Positions 37,201 to 51,620 of a DNA stretch of 64,000 nt are shown piece after piece (positions within the stretch are counted from its first letter, which is position 1; every line of letters begins with the position of its first letter). Location: the NCBI GenBank assembly GCA_951406725.2, contig OX597820.1, forward strand, positions 103,168,001-103,232,000, in the 5' to 3' direction. This stretch comes from Octopus vulgaris (Eukaryota). The translations under genes were made by a program, and so were the position numbers. Below the pieces are notes generated by a model. The model searched no databases and was not told the origin of the DNA. It saw nothing but the letters and a program-made list of their open reading frames with translations.

Positions 37201-40200
37201 GGTGATAAAAATAAAATACCAGTTAAAAACTGGGATTGATACAACTTCCCTTGTGGCTGTTAGAAGTCAGTGGTGCTGGCAGTGTTTTTGTTGAAAGCAT
37301 CAAATTTGGTAAGACTGTTAGTATGCCAGGCAAAATGCTTAGTGGCATTTCATTCATCTCTATGTTCTGAGTTCAAATTCTACTGGGGTCAACTTTGCCA
37401 TTCATACTTTCAGGATCAATGAAATAAGTACCAGTTGAGCACTGAGGTCGATATAATCGACTGTTCCCCTCCCTCAAAATTTCAGGCCTTCGGCCTATAA
37501 TTCAATTGCATTGTTATTATTCCCACCCATGCTAGCATGGAACACAGACGTTAAATGATGATGATCATCATCATCATTATTATTATTATCAAAGGCAGTG
37601 AGCTGACAGACTTGTTAGCACACCAAGCGAAATGCTTGGCAGCATTTCATCCATTTTTATGATCATCATCAAATTCTGCCGAGGTCAACCTTGCCTTTCA
37701 TCATTTTGGGGCCAATGAAATAAGTACTAGTTACCACTGGAATTGATGTAATGTACTTATCCACTCCTCACAAAATTTCAGGTCTTGTGCCTATAGCAGA
37801 AAGGATTGTTATTATTGTTATTATTATTATTACTACTATTAATAAGATGGGAAACTTGTTGAATTGTTAGTTCATTGGATAACTTTCTTCTAGCTCTTTA
37901 TGTTTTGCATTCAAATTCTGTCAAGCTTGACTTGGCTTTTCATCCTTTCGGGGTCAATAAAATAAGTACGAGATTCAGTGAAATTGATTAGCTTCCACTT
38001 CTTGTTAAAATTGCTGGTTTTCTGCCAAAATTTGAAACCACCATGATCATCATCATAATTAAATCATTCAGTAAGCCAGTTAGCTGACAGAATCATTAAC
38101 ACATGGGTCAAAATTCTTAGCAACATTTCATCCATCTTTACATTATAAGTTCAATTCTGCCATGGTTGACTTTGCCTTTCATCCTTTTGGGGGTTGATAA
38201 AAGAAGTACCAGTTGAGTACTGGGGTTAATGTAATTGATTTACCCTCTCTCCTGAAATTGCTGGCTCTGTGCCAAAATTTGAAATCATTATTAAATCATT
38301 TAATGTCAATTATCTTTTATATCTGTGTTAATTTCTTTCCATATCTTTGCATTTCCACAGATTTCTTTTAATTTAATTGTTAATACAAATCAAAGTAGAG
38401 CATTGAAAGCTGAGTTAGAAAAAGCTACTGCTACACAAGAGTCTATTCTTTCTATCAATGAAACGGAATCTATTATTATTAAGTTGAACCAAATGCCTGA
38501 GTCTTTACTGTGAGTATACATTGGTTTTTGTCTGCTTTTTTTCAATTTTTTGCCTCTATCATTTCACTTTGGTAACTCATCAGGTTATGGTCAACTCAGT
38601 GAAAATTTCAATGTTTTGGCTAATGTTATTTATCTCAACTCCAGTGTAGGTGTTTCTCTTACATCAGATAAGAAAAGACTGTGCTAGATGTAATTATAGT
38701 TTCAGTTGACTTCAACCTGAAAATCTAGCCATGTCAGTACTCTCCAGCAAACCTAAATTCTATGTTGCCCTCTATGCACACCTTTACTATAGTTAACATT
38801 CAACTTCCTTGGCATATATACTTATATATAACTCAGTGAATGCAACTGAAACAATAAATATATAAACATTTGCTAATTTTCAGACAACCGAACCCAAAGA
38901 GATCCTCTGTAGTTCTGGTTGAGAAAATACCAAACATCACTTTTGATGCTTTACCTAAAGATATTAAGGATCAACTGGATTTCCTGAAACAGCGGCTTGA
39001 AGAAGGTGATAAATTTATTCCTTGTCTTTGTGTGTATCTATGTGTAATGCATATTATGGCTGTTACCTTTTAACCCTTTTTAACGTTTTCACTGGGCACA
39101 TCCAGCCCAACCTTCTACCTGTTTTGTGTTCAAACCAGCCAGATGCTGCCTTTCACACCTACCCTACTGTGTTATTCTAAAAACAAATCTCATCATCAAA
39201 ATCTCAAAGATATGAGATAATTCATCATTCATTCAAAACAATGTGAATGATTATGCATTAAATTTGCTTAAGTGTTGAAGTGAATATGGGTACATATGGA
39301 ACTAACGTTAACTCCTCAGGATTTTTGAATGCTTGAATCCAAGATATGGATAGTACATTCTTTCACGTTCAATACTGGTAAACTGTCCTGCTCAAAAGAC
39401 ACTATTCCTCCTCCAATCACAGTAACATCGTACCTTACCTAATGCTGGTTGCCGGATTTATTTTTGCCCAGTAAAGAAGATTAGATTACTTAAAGTTTTG
39501 CAATAACATTTATTCTGATTTAATGTCAGTTTGAATGAGATGCAGTTTGGTTTCGTGCCAGGGAAAAGCACCACTGATGCTATATCCCTGGTAAGACAGC
39601 TGCAGGTGAAATACCTAGCCAAAGATAAGCCCCTGTGCCTGGCTTTCATTGACATGGAGAAAGCTTTTGACAGGGTCCCCCGATCCCTTATCTGGTGGAA
39701 ACTAGGGATAGATGAATGGTTAGTGAGAGCCATGCAAGCCATGTACAGGGACACTGTCAGTAAGGTGAGGGTTGGCAACAAGTACACTGAAGAATACATG
39801 GTAGAGGTAAGGGTCCACCAGGGTTCAGTCCTCAGCCCCCTCCTATTTATCATAATCATCCAGCCAATAACAGAAGAATTCAAGACAGTATTCTCTAAAA
39901 TTTCTCAAGATGTCTTTTTCTTGGTGTGTCATCTTAGGTGAACTTACTGAAAAAGGATATAAAATTCACAAATACTTGCTCTGGAAGATTTGGCTAAACA
40001 GAAATCAGTCAATGCCTGACATACAAAATGAGAAAGATGCCAAGCCACATACAGACACAAAAAAGATGGTTCTTGATGATATACACAATCGCTTAGTACG
40101 GAAATCTTCAACAAGCCTGCTGTTTAACACACCCAGATCAAATGAAGTGCAACAGAATGATAAACATGAGCCAATATTACACAAATCAAGAAATCTGATG

Positions 40201-43200
40201 TCTGCATTTCAATTCCCTTTCAAACCGGGTGTTTTTCCATGGGAGAAATCTGGTCCACTTGTAGAGTTGCAAGCTGTAAGTATATATATAAGTGTATATT
40301 ACAAATTTAAAACAGCTCTGGTAATGTAAAAATTATCAGTCACACATACTGTACATAGTATATGTGTTTTGCTTATTTGCCAAATTTACTGCTGGATAAC
40401 ATCTGGGGAAAGCTCCCTACATGACACCTACATGAATGTTTCAGACCAGCTGAGACAACTTGCCTCGGAGCTTTCCCCAGGAGCTATCCCACAGCAAATT
40501 TGGTGCATAAGCAAAACACATACGCTATGTATGTGTAACCAATAATGTTCACATTACTAGAATTGCTTTTAATTCATAATTTTATTTTATTTCACATATG
40601 CTGCACCACAGCACATCAGTAAATAGATTTCACTCCTTTTGCATTTTAAGTCCCAGACCAGTGATTCACTTCATCTCAAGATGATCCGAGTGCATGGTAT
40701 TGAGAAGTCACAATAATCGTGAAATATTGGTATCTACCATTCTCATTGATTCTAAGTTTACTTTGCCTTTCATCCTTTCAGGGTTGATAAAATATGTACC
40801 TCATGGACATTGGGGGTGGGGTTCAACGTAATCAATTTACTCCCTCCCCTGAAATTGCTGGCCTTGTGCTAGAAGTTTGAAACTATAGTTATTTTAGCAG
40901 AATTTCGTTTGTCTTACTATTCTGAGTTCCAATTCTGCTAAGGTTGACTTTACCTTCCATCCTTTTGAGGTCAATAAATTAAGTACCAGTGAAACACTGG
41001 GGTTGATGTAATCCACCAAATTTCAGGCCCTGTCCCTTTAGTAAAAAGGATTATTATTATAATTATTGAGTGAAAGAGCAGAGTATGCCATCAAAGTGAC
41101 ACTGGTGTACAAATATACAAAACCCAGTATACCACCCGTCTGATAAGGATTCACCAGGTACACGCATCTCAACCACATGTGCACAAGATGGTGACCTCAT
41201 ATCAAGATACACTGCACATGACTTTACAAATGGGGCCCAATTATAATTTTCTTCATGTAGAGTAGCCCATCCAGCTCAAAAGGTGTCTTGAATAAGGGTT
41301 GTTTAGGGATGATGAACAAAACACCCATGTTTCAAGGGATGAATTATTCAAACCCCAAAGAATTCCTCTCGTAACATAGCTATGATGCTCCCCCACTACT
41401 TCTGCTCATGATCAGAGATGCACATATCAGCCACTAAAGACCATGTTCAACTGGTTGCAATATAGCAACTGACAAGCAAATCTGTGGTATTGAGTAGAAT
41501 ATTAGCTCTAGCCCATCTTTTACACCAAAACGAAACAGTGCACGTGATAGCACTTCAAATCAGTTAAGATCAGAGGCCATGAGAACCACCACTGCCTGGT
41601 TGTTATTATTATTAGGGCCGTGAGGCGAGCTGGCCAAATCGTTAGCTTGCCAGGTGAAATGCTCAGCAGTATTTCGTCCATCTTTACATTCTGAGTTCAA
41701 ATTCCACCAAAGTCGACTTCGCCTTTCATCCTTTCAGGGTTGATAAATTAAGTACCAGTGAAACACTAGGATCATTGTAATCAACTAGCCCTCTCCCACA
41801 AAATTTCAGGCCTTGTGCCTTTAATAGAAAGAATCATTATTATTATTATTCCACTCTAGCGTTCTATAGAGGGCTAGTGGAAGGAAAGTGCAACGACGTT
41901 CTCGGGGACACTCTGGGTGTCAATGAAGATCTACTAACCGGTCTGTTTCAGAGAACTTTCAGGCCTGAGCCTATGGATAACTTTCAGAAATCCCTTACCT
42001 GGCAGTGCTACCGAGGAGCACTGCCTGTTCAGGATAAACTTTACAGGCACAGAAGTGACATCAGCCGGGCCTACCCAAGGTATTCCCAGAATGATGAAAC
42101 GGTTCTGCACACCCTAGTCCAGTGCCCGAGTATTGCTGACCTGTGGATTTATGTTGAACACCTGTCATGCGTGGGACAAATCCAGCTATCAGCTGAATCA
42201 ATTGTGAGGATTGCCCCACCCAGATGGTCGGGAGGGGCAGGCAATTTTTATTTGTCTAATGGCTATAGCAAAAGAGGTAGTATGGTGGACCCGTTTGAAA
42301 GGGTTAGAGACAGACACTTTTCCTCTTTGGCCAAGCCCTCATCAACTTTTACAAGTTTCACTTGAAAAGGAAGTTTAGGGTGGAGAGGTAAGTATTGCCT
42401 TGTAGCAAATTTGTTGAAAGTTTGGTGAATGTTGGAAGAATGGCTAGTGTGAAAGGACCAATTTTGAGCGTGCACTTGTAAAAAAAAAAAAACAAGAAGG
42501 GTTCTTGCCCTGTTGTTCAGACATCCGTGGCTTTTGTAGGTTTTTCCATGAGGACCTTAAAGTGCCTTTCCTATTGAGAGTTTAATTTGTTTAATTTTTA
42601 ACTGTTCTTCATATTGTGTACATGCAAAAACCTATTATATTGTCCTGTTTTTGTCTTTTATGTTGTTGTATGTCTTTTAATGTTTTTGTATATGAGCCCT
42701 TGTGGCTAGTAAAAGAATTTATTATAATTGTTATCATTATTATTATTATTATTATTTTTTTTTTGCTTGATTTTTCTTTGATTTTTAGAAATTGGATGTC
42801 TTGAAAAACAAAGAACAATATTCTGTGCATTCTGTAAAGCAAAGAAGATTACTGGATACATTTGCTGACTCTATTCTCAATGTCAACCGTATATATAACA
42901 GAATGTTTGGTTACATAACTCGCAAAGTTCCTGCTCACATGCCTCATATGATTGACAAAAATATTATGGCAGAGCTTCAAAACCTGTAAGTATCCTGTTT
43001 TACTGAGTTTATAGAATATTAGAGAAAAATGGGATCTGGTTCTAGAGCAATCTATTGATTATTAAAGACAGCTTTGGCTCATGATTTCCTTATTAGTAAT
43101 GTGTAAGCATATACATACACATATATGTATGTATATGGTAACAAAGTCCATCATATCTCTCCCGAAATTGAACCAATCCTATGACTGGTACCCGGCAATT

Positions 43201-44210
43201 GCCAGGGCCGCTGGACTGACTCCTGTGCAGGTGGCAAGTAAAGAAACACTGTTTCGACCCTGTGCTTGAGGAGATCCATTGAGGCAAGTACACCAACATC
43301 AAAAATCAATGGAAACTGCAATTGTGATCCCTGTGCTGGTGGCACGTAAAAAGCACCATCCGAACATGGCCGATGCCAGCGCCGCCTAGACTGGCTTCCG
43401 TGCTGGTGGCACGTAAAAAGCACCATCCGAATGTGGCCGATGCCAGCGCCACCTTGACTGGCTTCCGTGCTGGTGGCACGTAAAAAGCACCAATCCGATC
43501 ATGGCCATTGCCAGCCTCGCCTGGCACCTGTGCCAGTGGCATGTAAAAAGCACCCATTACACTCACGGAGTGGTTGGCGTTAGGAAGAGCATCCAGCTGT
43601 AGAAACACTGCCAGATCAGACTGGAGCCTGGTGCAGCCTTCTGGCTTCCCAGATCCCCGGTCGAACCGTCCAACCCATGCTAGCATGGAGAACGGACGTT
43701 AAACGATGATGATGATATATTATTCTTATTCTTTTCTCATGTATATTGTTATATCCTCTGTATGGTTTCTGCTATGACAAACTAAGGAGCCTTTATTATG
43801 AGTACTACTAGATTACTTGAATCCATATTTCGTGACTTACATATGTATATGTGTGTCTGTCTGTGTATGGGTGTCATTTTAATGAATTTTAATTACCTTT
43901 TTCTGATGATATATGAAAAGAAATAGCAATTTTAGCAAATCATATTAAACAACACTAATAATAAATCAAAAAGCATAAAAATAAACAAGCTTTGACAGTT
44001 TTATAGATATTTCAAAATTATGATGCTATGATGGTTGGTGTTTCCATTATTTTGTTGAACCCCTGTCTATATATGTATATAAGAACTGTTTGCATAATGA
44101 GATAAAAAACCAAGGCTGTGTAGATAGAATATTTATAGATAGGAGGTCTTACAGCTGTTTCCAGGATATTTATTAATTATATCCCTTCATCGGAGACGGT
44201 GTGAGAGGAT

Positions 44211-44256
<46 letters not shown>

Positions 44257-47200
44257 TGTATACGTATACATATGTATATATAGGTGCAGGCATAGCTGTG
44301 TGGTAAGAAGCTTGCTTCCCAACCACTTGGTTGTAGGTTCAGACTCATTGCACTCGGCCTTGTGAGTGGATTTAATAGACAAACTGAAAAAAGACCGTCA
44401 TATATATATATATTTATATGTATCTGTATATAACTATGTGTGTGTATGTTTACTTGACAGTCGGCGAGCTGGCAGAACCGTTAGTACGCCGGGCGAAATG
44501 CGTAGCCGTATTTCGTCTGCCACTACGTTCTGAGTTCAAATTCCGCCGAGGTCGACTTTGCCTTTCATCCTTTCGGGGTCGATTAAATAAGTACCAGTTA
44601 CGCACTGGGGTCGATATAATCGACCTAATCCGTCTGTCTGTCCTTGTTTGTCCTCTCTGTGTTTAGCCCCTTGTGGGTAGTAAAGAAATAGGTATTGTGT
44701 TTAAATCCCAGTGGACTAGTGGCTGAAGCAAAGGAGACCAATAGAATAAGGACAAGGCATAAGAAACTCTCCAAGATGGTGCTCCACCATGGCTGCAGTC
44801 AAATAACTGAAACAAATGAAACAATATACAAGGTGTGTCAGAGTAGGCAGTGTTTTAACACTTAATATTTGTATAACTATTTTAACATATCTATAATTGT
44901 TTTTCAGTTTTCCTGAACAGTGGGCTATCACGTCATCACATAAAGTGCGCAGCTCAAATGATATGCAGTTTGCATTTGCCTACTTCTACTATTTAATTGG
45001 TGTGAAAGAAAACATAACTGCCGAACAAATATTTGATGAAATGGACACAGATTCATCAGGGTAAATATTATTGTTTTAGTCAGTCCTGATAATGATGTCA
45101 GCCTATGATGATAATGTTGGCAGCTGAAACAGCTGCTGTTTAGTCTCAGTTCAGCCTTGGTTTAGCAGGTCTATGTTGCTATTGTTGTTGTTTTACTTCG
45201 AGTCAGCCTTGATTTGGCAAATCCCTGATCAAAAGTGTTCCTGCCATGATCATCTTGTATTTTTGTCCATAAGACTATGTTGTCCAATCAGCCCTGTCTT
45301 TTTATAAGGTGATAGGATACAATTTGAAGCAATTTGGTTGCTATTTCTAACAGATTGAGTTAATGCTTAGAGTCTCACTCAATCTATTTTCATATTTAGT
45401 ACACCTTAGATTGATGTAAGCCAGTAAGTTTCAAAACTGGTGTTGTTCATGGTCACAGATTTATTTTTATTGTTGAGTGAGAGAACAGCACATGCCATCG
45501 AGGTGATGCTGGGATACAAATATATGAAGCACAATGCACCCATCATGACTACCATCTGATAAGGGTACACCATGCACATGTATCACAACCATATATGCGT
45601 GACATGGTGTCTTCATATCAAGATAAACAGCACATGACCTTTCAGGTGAGGGTTCAGTTAGTATTTTCAGGTCAAATAGCCCTCCTAGCCAAAAGGTCCC
45701 TGAATAAGAATTAAGGATGATAAATGAAACACCCATGTTTCTAAGTTATTAGATAATTGTGAAATATCTTTTCTTCTATGTTAAACAGGTTTTCTTACAC
45801 AGGTTTTCTTAATGGCAACATTTGAATCCAGTAGTGTAAAGGAGCAAAACATATATCCACCTGTTTCATATTCAAATACTGACAATGGCTGTACCTTACA
45901 TTGTTTCTATCCTACTGTTAGATAGAGATAAATATATCCTCACCATGAAGACAATCATACATGCCAGTGTATGACAGTGGCTGGATACAAACTGGTGACC
46001 CCCTTGATGTTAAGTTACAAAACCCTGTTGTGTCAACTTTCTATATGTCTCCTTCTTTGACATGGCATGTTAGTTGTAAGCAACTGTCACCATGATGGTA
46101 TCCTTCATTACTAGTTTTCTGTGAAAGTGTCTTGTCTTGGGAAAATATTACCTTGCTTGGAAACAGGCAAGGGTTGGCAATAGGGAGGGCATCCAATCAT
46201 AGAAAATCTGTCTGATGACCCATGCAAGAATGGAAAAATAGGCATTAAAACAATAATGATGATGATGATGATGATATCCTTCATCCATCACCAAATAAGA
46301 GGAATCCGTGAAGAATGATACAGTTATGTCATCATCATCAGCACCATTTAAAGTCCATTGTCCATGTTGGCATGGGCTGGACAGTTTGACCAAAACTGGA
46401 GAGCTGCACCAGATTCCAATCTGATTTGGCATGGTTTCTATGGCTGAATGCCCTTTCTAACACCAACCACTTTACAGAGTGTGCTGGATGGTTTTTTATG
46501 TGGCACCACACGAGTGCCTTTCATGGCACTGGCACGAGTGCATTTTGTATGACACCACAGAGCAGTGAGCTTAGTTAACAAAGTTTTGTGCCCCGCATTA
46601 TGACGATGTATTTCATCATCTCTGTGGGGCTGGTCCAAATATCATACCTTGCTGACTGACATTACTGACTGTGTCAGTTCACTATTTATTAGTAGTGGAC
46701 CAGCACTCTTCTCAACTGAGGGTGTTTGCCACAACACAAAGGTAATAAGAATTTTAAAATTTGCCAGAAGCTTTAAGTTACAATTCTGTTCAAAACCATT
46801 GTTGATATTAACTGTTGTGAAAAAAGATTGTAGAAAAACATACATGGTATTTACCTTGGTGTAACTTTGATGGGAAAGCTATATACAGATGGATGTATTA
46901 ATGGGATGGGGTTCTATAAAGGAATCATAAATTGTACTTTATCATCTGCCCTACACTGTGTCCTTGGTTAACACACTTAAACTCACCAATAAATTGGTAT
47001 ATCTAACTATGCTGTCATTCATAGCTCACCACTGTCATCAACAGGAGTGAATATCTACATGGTCGCTCAATCTGCTAGGAATAACACCTAAGTCTATTTT
47101 AACTCAAATCCTACTTTCACAAATAAGTAAAGGACATATTAGATAATGCAACCAATCTTATATAACACTTATAAAATCAGGATAGTCATAGCTGAAGTAT

Positions 47201-50200
47201 TTTTGATTAAATATTTGTTAGGTTTAAGTTGATCTGTGTTTAAACAACCACAGGGCTTTCATCTAATTTATAAGCTCCAGCAGTTGAATTAGTTTGTATT
47301 ACTGAGTTCAAATTCATCTGTCAGCATAGCTTGGCGAGTGATGGATTCTATTGGGCTGACTTTTACTTGCACAGCGTGAAGATAAAGTATTTAAGTAGTG
47401 AGCTTATATACCCGCTAAGTTACCAGAGTCAGAGAAGCTTATATTTTTCTTTCTCTGAAGGACAAATGTCTGAAACACTGGACTTTTCGCTCCTGACAGC
47501 TAACTAACTGTTGCTTTTCATTTTCACTGACAAATTTTTGCAGATTAACGTCTGTTGATAGAGATCACCACCAATTTCTTTGGGCTCTGGATCTACTTTT
47601 TATTTATAATTTGTTTTTAGATGTTAGAAATTTATGAAAATTGTATCATTTTTAAAGTCAATTAAATGTAGTTTGAGGGTGATTTGGCTTTTATTTCTAG
47701 CAGGTCAAACATCCATATATAAGTTGGCTTGTAGAGTTAGTTGTAATATGTGCATATTAATTAAGTATGCATCTGTATATATTACATATTCTTTTCTTTT
47801 TACCTTCAGTATTCTCTCGGATCGTGAAATCAGAACCTTAGCTACCAGATTGTTTGATCTTCCATTAGACTTAAATGTAAGTATTTGCTCATTTTACTTT
47901 CATTTTTTCATGGTAGCATGGGTTAGGCATGCACATTACTGAGGAATTTGTGTTACAGCTGGATGCCGTTTCTGTCATTAACCCTTATCCGTCTTACAAA
48001 TAAGGGATCTCTTATTTCACCACATCTGTGAAGGTGCAAAACAAGTGGGTGATTTGTTGACTGGAAAAGTTACAAGTTCACTTGTAGAGAGCAACTTGCA
48101 TTGAATGCAAACACACACACACACACACACACACTACCACCACCACCTTCATTTTACATTTACTTTCTATGCTGTCATGGGTTGGACATTTAGACAGAAT
48201 CTGATAAGTTGGGCATCTCAGTTATGGGTTGGTAAGGATACTCTACTTTGTAGAGTGTATTGGGTACATTCTTTTCATGGTATGAAATACATCGTTTTCT
48301 CTAAATGTGTCCACTTCAGGCACTGCCTACTGGAAAATTGGATCTCCCTGTTTGCTGGTTAGGCTTTTTCGGGTCTATAAGGGTAGTTTTATCTCCTGGT
48401 TCAGGGGAGACAGGCAGTCTTCATTAACGTTTTTGTATGTTAAGACTTAAATCTCAATTTCTGAGTGTTCCTCGCATCTGCAATGTAGAAAGTTTAAATC
48501 TTCTCTCTTTATATAGAGTCTGACTTTGGTCTTGTGGATACAAGACCTTTGGTAACTCTATGTTCAGAATTAAAATTTTTGTGTATATATATATGTGTAT
48601 GTGTATGTATATATATATATATACACACACACTCACACACATATATATCCACACACACAGAGGACAAAATTATTTTTAAAATTGTCTTTATAGCTTGATT
48701 ACCAAAGTTTCTGTTAATGGAGATGCCGTACTACACTCACGTTATTTATTCTTCTTGGCTAACAAACCTTGTCTCCACTCACTCAGTCACCATTGTCATC
48801 TGATTAAAGTACTTCCTCTCTCTATTTTCTCTCTTGCTATTCCATCAGTAGCAGTAATAACAGTGCTAACGAGGGACCACTCTTGGAATAGTACCCATAC
48901 CTTACTCAAGTTACACTCTCCTGTTTTGAAGAAGAAAAGTATATGGGATAATGTAACCTTTGTTACACTGTGGATAGAAAGTCTATCTTGTCTCCTAGTG
49001 TAATTTCATTCACATTCTAAGATTCAGTCTAAGAATCAATCCAGCACTTGACTAATACTTAATATTATCAGCCCTGGAAGGCTGAACAACAAAGGTGACT
49101 TAGCCAGATTTTGAACTCACCATGTAAAGGGTTATAACTAAACTTGGCATCTTTTTGCAAAGCTCTAATGATTCTGACATTCCACTACCATAAACTAGAT
49201 GGTCATAACTGAAATACCTCTGATCATTGGTCTACTTGATCAGAGGTGAACTAAGGGGCTGACCCAAGGGACCAAACAACAACAGTTATCTTGTGAACAC
49301 CTTTCCTTTCATTTTGTCTATCACTGCCACCCTGACTGGTCTCCGTGCCGGTGGTACGTAAAAAGCACCATCTGATCGTGGCTGTTTGCTAGCCTCGTCT
49401 GGCACCTGTGCCGGTGGCACATAAAAAACACCCACTACACTCACGGAGTGGTTGGCGTTAGGAAGGGCTTCCAGCTGTAGAAACACTGCCAGATCAGACT
49501 GGGCCTGGTGCAGCCTTCTGGCTTCCCAGACCCCAGTTGAACCATCCAACCCATGCTAGCATGGAAAGCGGGCGTTAAACAATGATGATGATGATGATAC
49601 ATTACCACATTACACACTAACTTCAATGTAGCAATTCTTTTTCAGCTAATGTTACCATCATCATCATCATCATCATGGAACATTACTGTTTCTAAATAAT
49701 CCTTTCTGATTTCCATTGTTTGCTTAACTGTCACCTGCAAGTGAATATTACCAGGGAACTTGTACCATGCTTGATCCAGTGGTACATTAAGGGTGTGACT
49801 GCCAGTAAGAGAGAGAGAGAGAGGGGGCTGTGCCTGCACCTCGGCTGGTACTCATTTTCAACTGAGTTGGCTGAAGTGGCATGAAATGAAGTAAGGTAAA
49901 GGTTACCTTCTTGAGTTATGCCAATTCATAAGGGCTGGTTTCCATGGCATATAAATTCCCCTCTTGGACGGGACGCCAGTCCATCACAGAATTACTCATT
50001 TTTGCCGGCTGAATAGACTGGAGCAATGTGAAAGGAAGCGTTTTGTTCAAGAACATAATGCATCACCTGTCCCAGGAATTGAAACCGCAATCTTATGATC
50101 ATAAATTCAACACTAACCACTAAACCACATGCTTCCACAACGTGAAATGAAGTGCCTTGCCCAATGTCAACAATGCACTGCCCTGTTCACAAATCAAACC

Positions 50201-51589
50201 CATGACCCTACTATCACAAACCAAATCAAAAGACTAGGCCACATGCCATTGTGTATAATAACTGCATTTAATGAATTGTTTATTTGTATTTCTTATTTTC
50301 ATTTATCAATATCATGTTTCTATTGCAGACATTACTGAAACTTGAAAATATTTTTATAAACTGCTCAAAATCATTTTCATCATCATCATCATCATCATCA
50401 GAATCATCGCCATCTTCAGTGTTATCATCAATAAATAAGAGTAAAGCTGGAGATTCAACTGAAAAATACTACGAAATCAATATGGTAAGTAGTTATTTTA
50501 AATAATATTACATTTACACTGTTAAACTGCTGCATTGTTGCTATAGCAACACTTCTGTGCTGGAGGCGCAATGGCCCAGTGGTTAGGGCAGCGGACTCGC
50601 GGTCATAGGATCGCGGTTTCGATTCCCAGACCGGGCGTTGTGAGTGTTTATTGAGCGAAAACACCTAAAGCTCCACGAGGCTCCGACAGGGGATGGTGGT
50701 GATCCCTGCTGTACTCTTACACCACAACTTTCTCTCACTCTTACTTCCTGTTTCTGTTGTACCTGTATTTCAAAGGGCCGGCCTTGTCACTCTCTGTGTC
50801 ACGCTGAATATCCTCGAGAACTACGTTAAGGGTACACATGTCTGTGGAGTGCTCAGCCACTTACATGTTAATTTCACGAGCAGGCTGTTCCGTTGATTCG
50901 GATCAACCGGAACCCTCGTCGTCGTAACCGACGGAGTGCTTCCTAAGACTTCTGTGCTGCTTCTACAAACTGCAATCCTGCTTCACTAATGCTGTAATTC
51001 TTTTTTTTGACTTTACTGTCATCCTTATATGATGCAAGTTCTTTTCATTTTGTTCTCCAACACCATTTAAACAAATTTTTTATATGTTTATTTTTATTTT
51101 GTTCATTAAACCAGCTCTCGCAGAACTTAGTAAGACGTGAAGGTCAGATACTCAATTTGTGTGTTTTGTTGTTGTTGTTGTTGTTAAACCCCAGGTAAAC
51201 CTCATTAAGCAGACCTATGGTGAAAGACGTTCCTACCAAGTCTATCTAATATGTCTTTTCTCCAGTGTGTCCTTCCTTCTTTTAAGGTGGTTGGGCATGG
51301 TTTAAGAGAGACTTGGCTGCTATAACACATGCAAGCAATGTACATTTTACATGATTTCATTGCTTTGTTTTCACTTTTCTTTTGTGTCCATGTATCCTAA
51401 CATTAAAAATCTACTAGCTACCATATTTCTTCATGTTTGGCTTAATTTGCTCTTTGTCTTTAACAGTACTTGAAATGCTTTACTCAATTTATATATTCTA
51501 TAGTTATCACAAGCTGCCAGTACATCTCTTGTAGTTTCACTTTCTTTTTCTCTCTTTCATCTCTCTTTTTCTTTTTCTTACTCTCTTTG

Positions 51590-51620
<31 letters not shown>

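Noticed and set aside
47452-47492. Hammerhead-like CTGAAGGAC-AAAT-GTCTGAAAC
   Set aside because: The core is truncated and stems I and III cannot be formed; at most a dead remnant.
50562-50636. tRNA gene (also 24889 and 52380-52453)
   Set aside because: The tRNA-like heads run into long shared bodies, with TSDs on the 50562 and 52066 copies, so they are SINEs; the cloverleaf is incomplete.
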